A DNA stretch of 64,000 nt from a bacterium (GTDB taxonomy: Bacteria > Patescibacteriota > Minisyncoccia > Phycocordibacterales > UBA2100): the NCBI GenBank assembly GCA_021781955.1, contig JAJXVV010000001.1:95519-159518 (forward strand), read 5' to 3'. The translations under genes and the position numbers were made by a program. Each line of letters starts with the position of its first letter. Position 1 is the first letter of the stretch. This document shows positions 29,735-39,389 of the stretch, piece by piece. Below the pieces are notes generated by a model that was not told the DNA's origin, searched no databases, and saw only the letters and a program-made list of their open reading frames with translations.

Positions 29735-30766
29735 ATGAGATCCACCATTGAAAAGCCGCTCACGTACGCGGACATGCAGGAGCAGACGGGGCTCACCATT
29801 ACCTACGCGCCGCGCCCGGACGGCTCCGTTGAGTTGAAAGCGATCGGTGATGGCGTCGATATCGCCACGATAGTGCCAGCCGACCGCCTCGATGAGGCGC
29901 ACATCCTCTACATGGAGGCGACGGAGTTGTTGCGCGCGCGCGCGAAGATCGGACAAACGCACGACGAGATCCGACGCGCGGAGGAAACGCTCTTCGCGCT
30001 CTTCCGGGGCGAGAAGATGTCGGCGGAACAGCTCGCGTCCGTCAACGTCGCGCGGCCATCGTCGCCTGATACGGCGCCGGTCAACAAACCCATCGAGGTC
30101 GATGGCGGGCGCTATGATCGCCTGCTCGTGAAAACGCGTCTCATTACGATGGTCGACGATGACCTCCTGCCCCTCATCGAAGAATATGCGGGACCGCACC
30201 TCAAGCCGGGCGATATGCTTTTCGTGAGCGAGAAGGCGCTGTGCATCGCTCAGCAGCGGGTCGTCGACATGAGCGTCATCAAACCGACCTGGCTCGCGCG
30301 CCTCTTCGCACGCAATGTGAGCAACTTCTACGGCACCGAGGATTTCCGCGGCTTCGGCCATGGCACCGCGCTCGCGATGCAGCTTTTCATCGAAGAAGCC
30401 GGCTACCCGCGCGCTTTTTTCGCGGCGGCAGTATCCGCGCTCACGCGCCCTTTGGGCATCCGTGGCGCGTTCTACTACCTCTGCGGCAAGCAGGCGAAGT
30501 CGGTCGACTTGCCGATGTCGTTCCTCATCCTCGAGTATGCGCACTCTGCCAAGCTCGCGCCCCGCGATCCGAGCGGCTTCGCGAAACGTGTGAAGTCGAA
30601 ACTCGGCTGCGAGACGATCGTGCTCGACGCCAACTATCGCGGCGCGTTCAGCTTGGGAAAATCGACGCGCACCGTCACGGAATCTTTCATCGGCAAGCTC
30701 TTCCGCGATAATCCGATGGGGCAGTCTGACGAAATGACGCCGTTTTGCATCGTGCGCAAAGCGTGA
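29735..30766 (+). CDS. F420-0:gamma-glutamyl ligase (CofE)-like protein with N-terminal extra domain
   Basis: KTRLI...GDMLFVSEKA, I.LDAN, DNPMGQSDEMTP. Confidence 0.7.
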   Translation: MRSTIEKPLTYADMQEQTGLTITYAPRPDGSVELKAIGDGVDIATIVPADRLDEAHILYMEATELLRARAKIGQTHDEIRRAEETLFALFRGEKMSAEQLASVNVARPSSPDTAPVNKPIEVDGGRYDRLLVKTRLITMVDDDLLPLIEEYAGPHLKPGDMLFVSEKALCIAQQRVVDMSVIKPTWLARLFARNVSNFYGTEDFRGFGHGTALAMQLFIEEAGYPRAFFAAAVSALTRPLGIRGAFYYLCGKQAKSVDLPMSFLILEYAHSAKLAPRDPSGFAKRVKSKLGCETIVLDANYRGAFSLGKSTRTVTESFIGKLFRDNPMGQSDEMTPFCIVRKA

Positions 30767-30781
30767 GGAATCGCAGAGGTC

Positions 30782-31180
30782 TTACAGAGGCAGGTCGAAG
30801 GCGAACGCGCCTGCGCCGGTCGCGATGAGCGCGAGAGAGATGACGGCGATCAGCGCGTAGGCGGTGCCACCGAGCGGGAAGAAACGCGGGTAGCGGCGGT
30901 GCCACACGAGCGCTTTGAGCGAAAGCAGCGCACCCACGATGGCCGCAGCTTGCGTGTAGAATCCAACGACGAGCAGTACGCCGAGACCCAGGTTGACGGC
31001 CGCGGCGAGGAGTGGTATCCATGAGCCGCTGCCGATCACGATGAACGTGATTTGCGACAACTCAGCGCGCCCTTTCACGAGCATCCAGGCTGCGCACAGG
31101 AACACCACGCCGGCGGCAACGCGCAGCAGCGCAATGGCAAGCGGCGTCAGGAAAAAGAGTTGCGGGAAGATGGAAAGCAT
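30782..31180 (-). CDS. DoxX-like membrane protein
   Basis: MLSIFP, LLRVAAG, GFYTQAAA, GAGAFAFDLPL. Confidence 0.8.
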   Translation of the reverse strand: MLSIFPQLFFLTPLAIALLRVAAGVVFLCAAWMLVKGRAELSQITFIVIGSGSWIPLLAAAVNLGLGVLLVVGFYTQAAAIVGALLSLKALVWHRRYPRFFPLGGTAYALIAVISLALIATGAGAFAFDLPL

Positions 31181-31196
31181 GAGCATAGTGTACCCC

Positions 31197-31664
31197 ATGG
31201 GACGAAAAATTGCAGTACTGCTGCACGACGTTCGCAGCGCGCACAATGTGGGGTCTATTTTCCGCACGGCGGACGCGGCGGGCGTGGAGAAGATATACCT
31301 CACCGGCGTGACGCCGGCGCCGAGCGACCGTTTCGGGCGACCGCAGAAAGATATCGCGAAGGTAGCGCTAGGAGCCGAAGCTTACGTGCCGTGGGAGTAC
31401 GTGAGGTCGCCGTATACGGTTGCGCGCGCACTGCGTGCCGAAGGGTGGCATGTCGCCGCGATAGAGCAGCACGCCGATTCTATCGACTACCGTTCGTTCG
31501 AACTGGGGAAACCCACGCTTTTCATTCTCGGCAGCGAGGTGGACGGCGTCCCGGGGCGCATGCTCTCGATCTGCGATGCTGTCCTGGAGATACCGATGCG
31601 CGGCCGCAAAGAATCGCTCAACGTCTCCGTCGCCGCAGGGATAATTTTGTTTTCGGTAAGGTGA
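31197..31664 (+). CDS. TrmH/SpoU family RNA methyltransferase
   Basis: DVRSAHNVGSIFRTAD, LGSEVDG, IPMRGRKESLNVSVA. Confidence 0.93.
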   Translation: MGRKIAVLLHDVRSAHNVGSIFRTADAAGVEKIYLTGVTPAPSDRFGRPQKDIAKVALGAEAYVPWEYVRSPYTVARALRAEGWHVAAIEQHADSIDYRSFELGKPTLFILGSEVDGVPGRMLSICDAVLEIPMRGRKESLNVSVAAGIILFSVR

Positions 31665-31719
31665 AGTTGAGGGGCGCGGCTCTGCGCGTCCCCGTCCTCC
31701 CGCAGTCCTCGCGTGCTGC

Positions 31720-32727
31720 TCAGTAGCTCAGCACGTCAACGACGCGCTCCTGGTCGTCGAGCAGGCGGATGACGTCGTGCGAAGTATTCCAGAGCTTGTG
31801 CGTGAGCCCGAAGTAGAGCCGCCATGCGGGAAGCGCGAAGCCGCTCCGCGACTGATACATTTGAACGCACCCATTGTAGGAGAGACTGGTCGCCAGGTAC
31901 GAGCCGCACACTTTTGAGATATCGGACGGCAAATTCGCTCCGGGAAAGTAGCAGCTCGGGAGCGTGTTGAGGTAATCGAAACATGCATTGCCATACAGGC
32001 GGAGGTTGCCAGCGGTCTGCGGGAGCACTTCGTTCGGAGCGGGGCACGAGCTCGCGAGTCGAGGGGAGAAGGACTGAAGCTGGTTCAAGTACCCGGTGCA
32101 GTTGTTCTCGCGGAGCGAGACGCCGACGGGCGATGCGGCGGTCGTGATGATGGCGCTCCCGCCCGGCGGGAGCGTGACGGGCCGCACGGTGTTGACGATG
32201 CCGCCGATGAACGGGTCTGCCGCCTGCGGAATGACCGCGTATGTGCCTGAGACTGCGCTTTGCAGCACCCAGCCGCTGATCGTCACGGGTGACGGCGCGT
32301 CGGAAGATGCCCGTATCTCGATGTATTCCTGAGAGGGGTCGGAGGCGGCCACGTTGTTGCCCGTTATCGTCACTTCGCCGGCATAGGGAGAGGGAGTGCC
32401 GTATTGCGCGAGATTCGACGACGATGACCCGGGCCAGTTGCCCGGTGACGAACCGCCCAAGCCGGCATTTTGTTCTGCCGCGGTCACGTAGCCGGAGATG
32501 TCCGGCCCGCGCGGCGCGGTTATCTGCCAGGGGAGCGTGATGCCGGTCGACGTGGTCGTCCCGCTGTCGAAGATCGCGCCGACCGGGTTCGTGAAGTACC
32601 CGCCCGCTTGCCACGCTTTTTGCGGCCCACCGGTCACGAACCAGTAAAAGAGCAGCCCGAGCCCGAGCAGTATGAGTACCGTGACGAGGATCGTCCGTAT
32701 TTTCCCGCCGCTGCCGTGCGAAGACAT
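31720..32727 (-). CDS. Membrane-anchored protein with lamin-tail-like domain and Cys-rich insert
   Basis: N-terminal TM; EYIEI...ISGWVL, RENNCTGY, YNGCV, DVIRLLD. Confidence 0.75.
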   Translation of the reverse strand: MSSHGSGGKIRTILVTVLILLGLGLLFYWFVTGGPQKAWQAGGYFTNPVGAIFDSGTTTSTGITLPWQITAPRGPDISGYVTAAEQNAGLGGSSPGNWPGSSSSNLAQYGTPSPYAGEVTITGNNVAASDPSQEYIEIRASSDAPSPVTISGWVLQSAVSGTYAVIPQAADPFIGGIVNTVRPVTLPPGGSAIITTAASPVGVSLRENNCTGYLNQLQSFSPRLASSCPAPNEVLPQTAGNLRLYGNACFDYLNTLPSCYFPGANLPSDISKVCGSYLATSLSYNGCVQMYQSRSGFALPAWRLYFGLTHKLWNTSHDVIRLLDDQERVVDVLSY

Positions 32728-32729
32728 AT

Positions 32730-33983
32730 CTAAGTATACCGCGCGACGAGAAGCTCAACCTCCTCGCGGGCGACATCGGGGTCGTTCCATGGCACTTTCG
32801 ACCCATGATCGTTCGTTATCTCGGTATCGATGCCCATGCCGGTGATGAGTACGGCGACCTCCTCGGGGCGTTCGTGCTGCTCGGCGAGCTCCAGCGCGCG
32901 GCGTATCGCGGCGCGGCGATCAGCAATGATCTCCGGTCGTTTGATCTTCATGCCGCGCGCGATGTCCGCGATGATCGCCTGCGGGTTCTCGTCGTAGGCG
33001 ATGTCGTTGGTGAGGATGATCGATTCGCAGTAGCGGTCGGCGACCTCGCCCAAGATCGGCCGCTTCCATTTGTCGCGGCCGCCGCCGGCCGATCCGAACA
33101 CCGCTATCTTTTTCTTGTCCGCAAAGGTCTTGTACAAAAGCTGAAGCGCGTCTGGCGTAAGCGCATAGTCGACGATGACTTGGAATTTCTGTCCCGCTTC
33201 TATCGGCTGCATACGGCCGGGTATGGCGCGCACGCGCTCAATGCCGCGTTTGATGGTCTCTGGCGCGATGCCCATCGCGCGCGCGAGTTCGGCCGCCGCA
33301 AGCGCGTTCTGCACATAAAAGATGCCGGGCAGGTGTACGTCGATATCGATGCCGCCGAAGTGAAGCGCCCCGCCCCGTGCGCCTTCCGGCACGAGGAACC
33401 CGATCGTTTTCTCGACCGGGAGCGCGAGATAGCGCGCGCCCTGCGCATCGGCGGCGTTCGCGACCATGATGCGCGGCCGCTTCGACGAGCGAACGAGTGA
33501 GAGGCCGAGCGCGTACTTCGCGTCCGCGTACGCCTCGTACGAGCCGTGCGATTCGATGTGCTCTGGCGCGAGGTTCAAGAAGACGAGCGCGTCGAGTTCG
33601 ATGCCGCGATGGCGGTGCTGCGCCGCCCCCTCCGACGTCATCTCAATGAGCGCTATCGTGCAGCCTGCATCGACCGCCTCGCGCAGAAAGCGTTGGATAA
33701 AAAAGCGGCCCGGCATCGAACGGCCGGTCGCGGCGTGCGAGCCGCCGGCGACCTTCACGCGCACCGAGCTCGAGAGCGCGGTTTTGCGCCCGGCTTCCTC
33801 GAGAATAGCGTTGATGAACTCGACGGTCGACGATTTGCCGTTGGTGCCGGTAATGCCGATGACCGTCAATGTGCGAGAGGGGAAGCCGTAGCGCCATGCG
33901 CCGAGGTAGGCGAGGCAGAAATGGTAGGCTGAGAGAAGCGGTAGGGGAACGGCGGAACGAACGGTGTTCTTGAGCGAGGACAT
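32730..33983 (-). CDS. murE: Mur ligase, MurE-like
   Basis: GITGTNGKSST, EMTSEG, NLAPEHIESH, PGRM, VDYA, GGGRDKWKR. Confidence 0.8.
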   Translation of the reverse strand: MSSLKNTVRSAVPLPLLSAYHFCLAYLGAWRYGFPSRTLTVIGITGTNGKSSTVEFINAILEEAGRKTALSSSVRVKVAGGSHAATGRSMPGRFFIQRFLREAVDAGCTIALIEMTSEGAAQHRHRGIELDALVFLNLAPEHIESHGSYEAYADAKYALGLSLVRSSKRPRIMVANAADAQGARYLALPVEKTIGFLVPEGARGGALHFGGIDIDVHLPGIFYVQNALAAAELARAMGIAPETIKRGIERVRAIPGRMQPIEAGQKFQVIVDYALTPDALQLLYKTFADKKKIAVFGSAGGGRDKWKRPILGEVADRYCESIILTNDIAYDENPQAIIADIARGMKIKRPEIIADRRAAIRRALELAEQHERPEEVAVLITGMGIDTEITNDHGSKVPWNDPDVAREEVELLVARYT

Positions 33984-33984
33984 G

Positions 33985-34560
33985 TCAGGAGTCTGAAGAT
34001 CCCAAGACGCGAAGCGCTTCGCGCAAGCGGGCCGAGCTGCCCTCGATGGTCGCAGGGACTTTTTTCAGCGCTTCGCGCGCCTCCGCTTGCGAATAACCGA
34101 GCGCGCGCATCGCCTCAAGCGCCTCCTCATCGCCCTTGAGCGACGCGCTTTGCTGATCGGGCGCGCCGACCTTGTCTTTCAGTTCGAGTACGATCTTCGC
34201 GGCGGTCTTCTTGCCGATGCCGGAGACGTTGGTGAGGTATCCCGCGTTCCCTGCAGCGATCGCTGCGCGCAGCGTGCCGATTGAAGCGGTGTCGAGGGTC
34301 GCGAGCGCTGATTTTGGGCCGATGCCCGGTACGGTGAGCAATAACTCGAAGAAGTGCAACTCCTCCTGCATGGAGAATCCATACAGATCGAGCGCATCTT
34401 CGCGCACCGCAAGGTGCGTCCAGAGCGACGCAGAGGCGCCTGGCTTGAGCGAGGCAAGCGTTTCGCGCGTGGTGGCTACCTTGTAGCCAACGCCGCCGAT
34501 CGAGATAATGGTTGCGCCCGCGTGCGCGCTATGCACGACCCCTTCCAGATGTCCGATCAT
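33985..34560 (-). CDS. ruvA: Holliday junction DNA-binding subunit RuvA
   Basis: GGVGY, VREDALDLYGF, PGIGPKSA, GIGKKTA.KIVLELKDK, ALGY. Confidence 0.96.
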   Translation of the reverse strand: MIGHLEGVVHSAHAGATIISIGGVGYKVATTRETLASLKPGASASLWTHLAVREDALDLYGFSMQEELHFFELLLTVPGIGPKSALATLDTASIGTLRAAIAAGNAGYLTNVSGIGKKTAAKIVLELKDKVGAPDQQSASLKGDEEALEAMRALGYSQAEAREALKKVPATIEGSSARLREALRVLGSSDS

Positions 34561-34616
34561 GCCCGTATAGTACCTCGGTTGCGAACAACACGCATTTCGT
34601 GTACTATCCGCCCGTT

Positions 34617-34880
34617 ATGGCCAATACGTCTTCTGCGAAGAAAGCCCAACGTGTCGCGCTCCGCCGCGCGGTGTATAACGCGCGGCGCAAGAAGGCAGCC
34701 AAGGACGCGGTGAAGGGCATGATGAAGGCTATCAGCGCAAAGAAGAAAGATGCCGCGAGCAAGCTGCCCGAGCTTCAGCAGGCGATCGACAAGGCAGTGA
34801 AGGGGCACACGATGCATAAGAATACGGCAGCCCGCATCAAATCGAAGCTCGTCAAGCGTATCGCTGCGCTGTCGAAATAA
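34617..34880 (+). CDS. rpsT: 30S ribosomal protein S20
   Basis: MANTSSAKKA, IDKAVK...HKNTAARIKSKL. Confidence 0.95.
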   Translation: MANTSSAKKAQRVALRRAVYNARRKKAAKDAVKGMMKAISAKKKDAASKLPELQQAIDKAVKGHTMHKNTAARIKSKLVKRIAALSK

Positions 34881-34890
34881 CAAAATCCAA

Positions 34891-34927
34891 AGAACACCGG
34901 CCGAGAGGAAGTATCGGCCAGTGTTCT
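34891..34927 (-). terminator. Hairpin terminator, minus-strand polarity
   Basis: AGAACACCGGCCGA...TCGGCCAGTGTTCT; C/A mismatch is G-U on the minus strand, T-rich tail follows on minus. Confidence 0.6.
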
Positions 34928-34939
34928 CGCATGCTTCTT

Positions 34940-35090
34940 CCCGGGGTACGGCACCAGCCCCCATCCATGGAGCATCACGCGAGCGCTGCAAACGCAACTC
35001 AAGAAAATAATTTATTCCTGGCCGGTTCCTGCGAGTGCGATGCGCACAGGCATATCCGGCAGGGTTCATGCTCGCGCCGACACGATCGGG
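34940..35090 (-). ncRNA. Structured ~150-nt RNA candidate (possibly 6S-like) downstream of tRNA-Arg
   Basis: Closing pairs CCCG/CGGG and CGGCGC/GTGCCG; alternative CGCGAGC/GCTCGCG; nested CCTG-CCGG-CCTG stems. Confidence 0.4.
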
Positions 35091-35120
35091 CCGCGATGAA
35101 AGAGATTTGTACTTTTTGGA

Positions 35121-35192
35121 TGCTCCCGGCAGGAATCGAACCCACATCACGGCCTTAGAAGAGCCTTGCTCTATCCATTGAGCTACGGGAGC
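35121..35192 (-). tRNA. tRNA-Arg(TCT)
   Basis: GCTCCCG/CGGGAGC acceptor, loop CTTCTAA, GGTTCGATTCC. Confidence 0.93.
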
Positions 35193-35246
35193 CGAAGGGA
35201 ACAGGATCAGAATAGCGCATTACCTGCGTTTTCACGAGAACTCCTC

Positions 35247-35579
35247 TTACCGACTCGGGTCGGGTATGGCCGGCACGGGCTCAGTGCTCAAGGTCTCGAA
35301 CTGCGATTGCCGAGTCTCGAATTGCTGTACAAGCGCTTGCACGGTCGCGGGATCGACGCTCGGCGCAGGTAGAGAAACGGTGTTCGTCGCGCCCGCGAGC
35401 GTCTTGGCGACGCTGATCACGCTCGACACGCCATACCAGAGCGCGCCGATCACGACGATAAGCACGAATGAGAGCAGGATCCGCCAGTAAAGCATCGCGA
35501 GGGGGCGTACGCCTTCAGGCGTTCTCCGCGCCGCGTATTGTTCGCGAATCCGTGTCCATGTGCCGGTAAGATAGTTCAT
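35247..35579 (-). CDS. Single-TM hypothetical protein, last gene of pilM cluster
   Basis: 110 aa, overlaps upstream stop. Confidence 0.7.
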   Translation of the reverse strand: MNYLTGTWTRIREQYAARRTPEGVRPLAMLYWRILLSFVLIVVIGALWYGVSSVISVAKTLAGATNTVSLPAPSVDPATVQALVQQFETRQSQFETLSTEPVPAIPDPSR

Positions 35580-36139
35580 GAAGAAGGCGCGCCATTAGTA
35601 ATGACGTGCACCAGGACGGTCATGTGCCACGAGCCGTTATGCGGAGCGCCCGATGCGGTCGGCAGGACGTTGGCGACCTGCAGGTCGACTTGCCCGATCG
35701 ACGACGGGATCGGCAAAGTGGCGAAAAGCTGCAGAGCATGCATGAGGGAGGCGAAACTGCCGTCGGCCTCAAGCGCGAAGTCGATGGTTTGGAACGTGGC
35801 GCCGGAAGGGGTCTCGGCGCTCATGCTAGGGGTTGCGCTGTCGATCTTCACGGCAACGCCGGATGCCGTACCAGCCTTCTGTAAGAGCGTCGCCACTGAA
35901 ACGACGTCTACTGAAATCAGTTGATCGAGCGAGGCGCGGTCGTTCTCGGTCGCGAGCAGGACCGCGTGCGTTTGCTCGGATGAGCTTTGCAGGATTGCGG
36001 CACGCTGCGCGGCTTGCAATTGTGTAACGAGCATATTTTCATCATTACTAATCCAGGTCGCGAAGAGGGCGACCATGGCCCACAGAGCGAGAGCGATCAC
36101 CAGTGCTCCCCAAGCGCGAATACGCGAAGCGTGTTGCAT
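35576..36139 (-). CDS. PilO-like type IV pilus alignment protein
   Basis: TM + coiled coil + GSFASLMHALQLFATLP; third gene of pilM cluster. Confidence 0.6.
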   Translation of the reverse strand: MQHASRIRAWGALVIALALWAMVALFATWISNDENMLVTQLQAAQRAAILQSSSEQTHAVLLATENDRASLDQLISVDVVSVATLLQKAGTASGVAVKIDSATPSMSAETPSGATFQTIDFALEADGSFASLMHALQLFATLPIPSSIGQVDLQVANVLPTASGAPHNGSWHMTVLVHVITNGAPSS

Positions 36140-36143
36140 ATGT

Positions 36144-36656
36144 TCAGTACGTGCCACTCACCGTGAGCGTGAACTGTCCATTCCCCGCGCCAGCGAGCTG
36201 ATCGATGGGGACGGAGGCCGCGGTGAACCGTGAATTCGCTCTGAGCGCCATTTGGTACGCGTTCAACGTTTGTGTGTCGGAAGCCGTGCCCGAAAGTACG
36301 AGCGAAGCGGGCGAGCCGGCAGTGTACGTCAAGTGCGTGATCACGATACCCGCCGGCTTGTTCGCGAGCGCTGCGGTCATAGCATCCACCGGCGATGAGC
36401 TTGCCGCGAGCGGCGAGAGCGTGGTGACGAGCACTTTCAGATGCGCCATCGCGATGCCGTCTTGCGCGGCGCTCGGCGTCGAGGTGGCCGGAACGAGCGA
36501 CCCTTCGTCGACCCGAAGTGCCAGGTAGCTTGGTACGAGCGCGACGAGCGCGACGAGCGCGACGAGACTCGCGACGATCGAGCCGACCAGTACGAAACGT
36601 GCGCGGTACTCGTGCCATACCGCTTTTTGCGAACTGTTCGGGAGGACGTTGCTCAT
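36144..36656 (-). CDS. PilN-like type IV pilus alignment protein
   Basis: N-terminal NVLP, TM, LVLSGTA, F.....P..QL; follows pilM. Confidence 0.7.
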   Translation of the reverse strand: MSNVLPNSSQKAVWHEYRARFVLVGSIVASLVALVALVALVPSYLALRVDEGSLVPATSTPSAAQDGIAMAHLKVLVTTLSPLAASSSPVDAMTAALANKPAGIVITHLTYTAGSPASLVLSGTASDTQTLNAYQMALRANSRFTAASVPIDQLAGAGNGQFTLTVSGTY

Positions 36657-37786
36657 ATGAACGCGCGCAATGCCAGTCCGATCGCGGTCGCGTACTGGAG
36701 CGACGTGCGCCGGTCGATCGGCGGAATGTACTCGTTGTAATCGCATACGCGGCGCCAGACGTCGCCCCGGTACGTTGGCGCTTGGACCCGGCCCGCGATG
36801 TAATCGGTGAGTCCGCTCAAATTGGAGCTGCCGCCGACCAACACAACGCGCGACACCGGCGTCATGCGATCGCCGCGATCATTGCGCCGCGTGTCCCAGT
36901 AGTGAAAGTGGCGCGCGACCTCGTCGCCGAGTGCGGAGGCGGTCGCGACCATCATCTCCATGCCCGGTGTCTTGTTGCCGTCTTCGGGATAGAGCCCCTC
37001 TTCGTTCTTGAGGTGGGTCGCCTGCGCTACCGAAAGACCGAGCTTCTCTTGCAGGGCCTTATCGATTGCGTTGCCGCCCACTTCGACGGTCGACGAGAAA
37101 ATGGGAATGCCGTTCTTGAGAACGGCGAAACCGCTTCGGGCGCGCCCGAAGTCGACGAGAAGCGTAATGAGCGGATCTCCGTTGTCGCAAATGGTGCGCG
37201 CGATCGAGCGCGATTCTATCTCGAGCGACAAGAGCGTCATGCCGGCGGTAGCGAATACGTCGGCGTAGCTTTTCGCGAGGTCGCGCGGGAAGACCGACAC
37301 CCCGATCTGCATATCCTTTTCATCATACTCGATACTGTCGTAGTCGAAGACCGAGATATCGGGCGATATCGGTACGCGCCCCTCGAACTCGAATTCGATG
37401 AGTTTCATTACCTGATCGCGCGGCGTCCCTTTCGGCACTCGCATCTCAAAAATGTACGCCGGCTCCTCAGGCAGCGCCGCATGCGCGCATGCGATGCCGC
37501 CCAGGTTCTCGCGCATTTTGCGTAAGGCCTCGGCGAGCGCGGCCGGATCCTTGATGACGCCATTCTCGACGATGCCCGGCGCGAGCGGCTCCTCGCCGAA
37601 GAGCGCGACTCGGAGCCCTCGCCCATATGACGCGCGCTCAAGCACGAGCCATTTGATGGATGCGTCGGAGATATCGACGCCTGCGGAGGGCGGCAAAAGA
37701 TACGAGGGCGTGGGGAACGCGTGCGACAGGGCGTCCGAGACGCTGCGCGCGTACCCGCCGAGCGCAGTTTGCATCGACGAACTCAT
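36653..37786 (-). CDS. pilM: Type IV pilus assembly protein PilM
   Basis: GVDISDASIK, GIVENGVIKD, LVDFG, VLVGGSSNLSG, YATAIGLALR. Confidence 0.9.
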   Translation of the reverse strand: MSSSMQTALGGYARSVSDALSHAFPTPSYLLPPSAGVDISDASIKWLVLERASYGRGLRVALFGEEPLAPGIVENGVIKDPAALAEALRKMRENLGGIACAHAALPEEPAYIFEMRVPKGTPRDQVMKLIEFEFEGRVPISPDISVFDYDSIEYDEKDMQIGVSVFPRDLAKSYADVFATAGMTLLSLEIESRSIARTICDNGDPLITLLVDFGRARSGFAVLKNGIPIFSSTVEVGGNAIDKALQEKLGLSVAQATHLKNEEGLYPEDGNKTPGMEMMVATASALGDEVARHFHYWDTRRNDRGDRMTPVSRVVLVGGSSNLSGLTDYIAGRVQAPTYRGDVWRRVCDYNEYIPPIDRRTSLQYATAIGLALRAFI

Positions 37787-37826
37787 GGCAACAGTATACC
37801 GCGATTGCGCGGCCTCGAGCGGGTTC

Positions 37827-38171
37827 TCAGCGCAGCGGCGTGCCTGGAGGGAGCGGGCGTTCTGATTTCAGGAGCGCGACGCCGTTCCCATCGCTTGCCG
37901 CGAGCAACATGCCCTGGCTTTCGATGCCGCGCAGCATGCGCGGCACAAGATTGACGACGTACGGGAGCTGCTTGCCGACGAGTTCGTCCGGCGATTTCCA
38001 CTGCGCGATACCGGAAACGATCGTACGATGCCCCAGTTCTCCGAAATCGATCGTACATTTGATGAGCTTGTCGGTCTCCGGCACGAGCTCGGCAGCAAGC
38101 ACGGTTCCGATGCGTATGTCGAGCTTCGAGAAATCAGCGTAGGGCACCTGTTCTTTCATGGCGTCTTGCAT
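37827..38171 (-). CDS. Stand-alone tRNA-binding OB-fold protein (Trbp111/MetRS C-terminal-like)
   Basis: DFSKLDIRIG, DKL, RTIVSGI, NL.PR.LRGIESQGMLLAA. Confidence 0.88.
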   Translation of the reverse strand: MQDAMKEQVPYADFSKLDIRIGTVLAAELVPETDKLIKCTIDFGELGHRTIVSGIAQWKSPDELVGKQLPYVVNLVPRMLRGIESQGMLLAASDGNGVALLKSERPLPPGTPLR

Positions 38172-38181
38172 ACCGGTCATT

Positions 38182-38571
38182 CTACGCCCTCGCCCGCACA
38201 TCGAGAAATCGCTGGAGAATGATGGCGGCGGCAGCAGCGTCGTCGTGGCCTTTGCCTTCGGGGGCATAGCGGGAGGCCTCAATCGAGCTCCATGCCTCGA
38301 AGGCGCGGGAAAGCGGTACGCCGCTTTCCCGCGCGAGAGACTCTGCAAAGGCATCCGCCTCTTGCGTCACCGGATTCTCCGCGCCGGACAGCGCGCGCGC
38401 GTCCCCGACGACGACGTGGCCGACCTTTTCGTCGGTTATCAATCGAGCGAGCGCTCGCATGAGCGCCGCGTCGTTGGGCAATACCATTCGCGGGAACGCG
38501 ATAACGCCACGTTCATCGGAAATAGCGACCCCCATCCGCTTGCTTCCGTAGTCGATGCCGAGGTACTTCAT
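38182..38571 (-). CDS. ruvX: YqgF/RuvX family nuclease
   Basis: MKYLGIDYGSKRMGVAISD, E.WSS.EA, DAAAAAIILQRFLD. Confidence 0.92.
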   Translation of the reverse strand: MKYLGIDYGSKRMGVAISDERGVIAFPRMVLPNDAALMRALARLITDEKVGHVVVGDARALSGAENPVTQEADAFAESLARESGVPLSRAFEAWSSIEASRYAPEGKGHDDAAAAAIILQRFLDVRARA

Positions 38572-38684
38572 GAAAAGAGTATCGCCCGGAAAGCCCTGAT
38601 ATGCAAAACGGCCGGAGCGGGGTCTTGCTCTGGCCGATTGCACTAGCTACTACAGCGCGCCTTTAAGATTTCTTTCATCGCGGA

Positions 38685-39389
38685 TCACGGCGATGCGTAC
38701 TCATCGATCTCCCGCACCCCGAAGGCCCGCACGGTGCCGCTCGCGTTCGTGTCGCCGATAACGACGACACGCTCGCCCACCTTGAAGTTGCTCCCGTACG
38801 GCAAGCGCGTACGCGGGGTTATCACGAACGTGGTCGTCCCCACCCGACCTTCGTCCGAGAGGGTGAACGTGCTGGGACCAACGTCCACGATAGTGCCGCG
38901 GTAGAGATCGGGAGGCGGCGGAGGCGCGAACAGCATTTCGAACGGCGCCGGCAATTGCCCATGCCGCGCGGAGAACATGAACCCTCGATGCAGAGGCGTC
39001 AGCGAGATGAACACGCCCGCCACAACGATGAACGTGAGGATGGCGAGGCTCGAGGTGAGCAGCGGCTTCTTGTATACAAACGCGAAACGCCGGACCAGTA
39101 CCTCGAGCGCGACAACGAAGACAAGAATGAAGAGGAACAAGAACCACGGCAGCATGCGGAGCAATTCGAACCAGCCGCGCTGGCCGAAATCGGTCGCGAA
39201 CAACGCTCCTGAGTCGCGAAGAAGGAATACCGCGAGGGAGGTCGCGTACAGCAAGGTGAGGCCCACGATCACCACCCCGCTCACCGTGAGCGTGGTGAGG
39301 AGCGCGAAGTGCCATCGCGGGCGCATGCGCACCTCGCCTTTCTTTATGGCGTTCATGATCCTTATTTCGAGCGGTTCATGTTCATTCAT
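38685..39389 (-). CDS. Membrane protein, putative anti-sigma factor partner
   Basis: MRPRWHF, 3 TM helices, C-terminal OB-like domain; overlaps stop of ECF sigma. Confidence 0.7.
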   Translation of the reverse strand: MNEHEPLEIRIMNAIKKGEVRMRPRWHFALLTTLTVSGVVIVGLTLLYATSLAVFLLRDSGALFATDFGQRGWFELLRMLPWFLFLFILVFVVALEVLVRRFAFVYKKPLLTSSLAILTFIVVAGVFISLTPLHRGFMFSARHGQLPAPFEMLFAPPPPPDLYRGTIVDVGPSTFTLSDEGRVGTTTFVITPRTRLPYGSNFKVGERVVVIGDTNASGTVRAFGVREIDEYASP

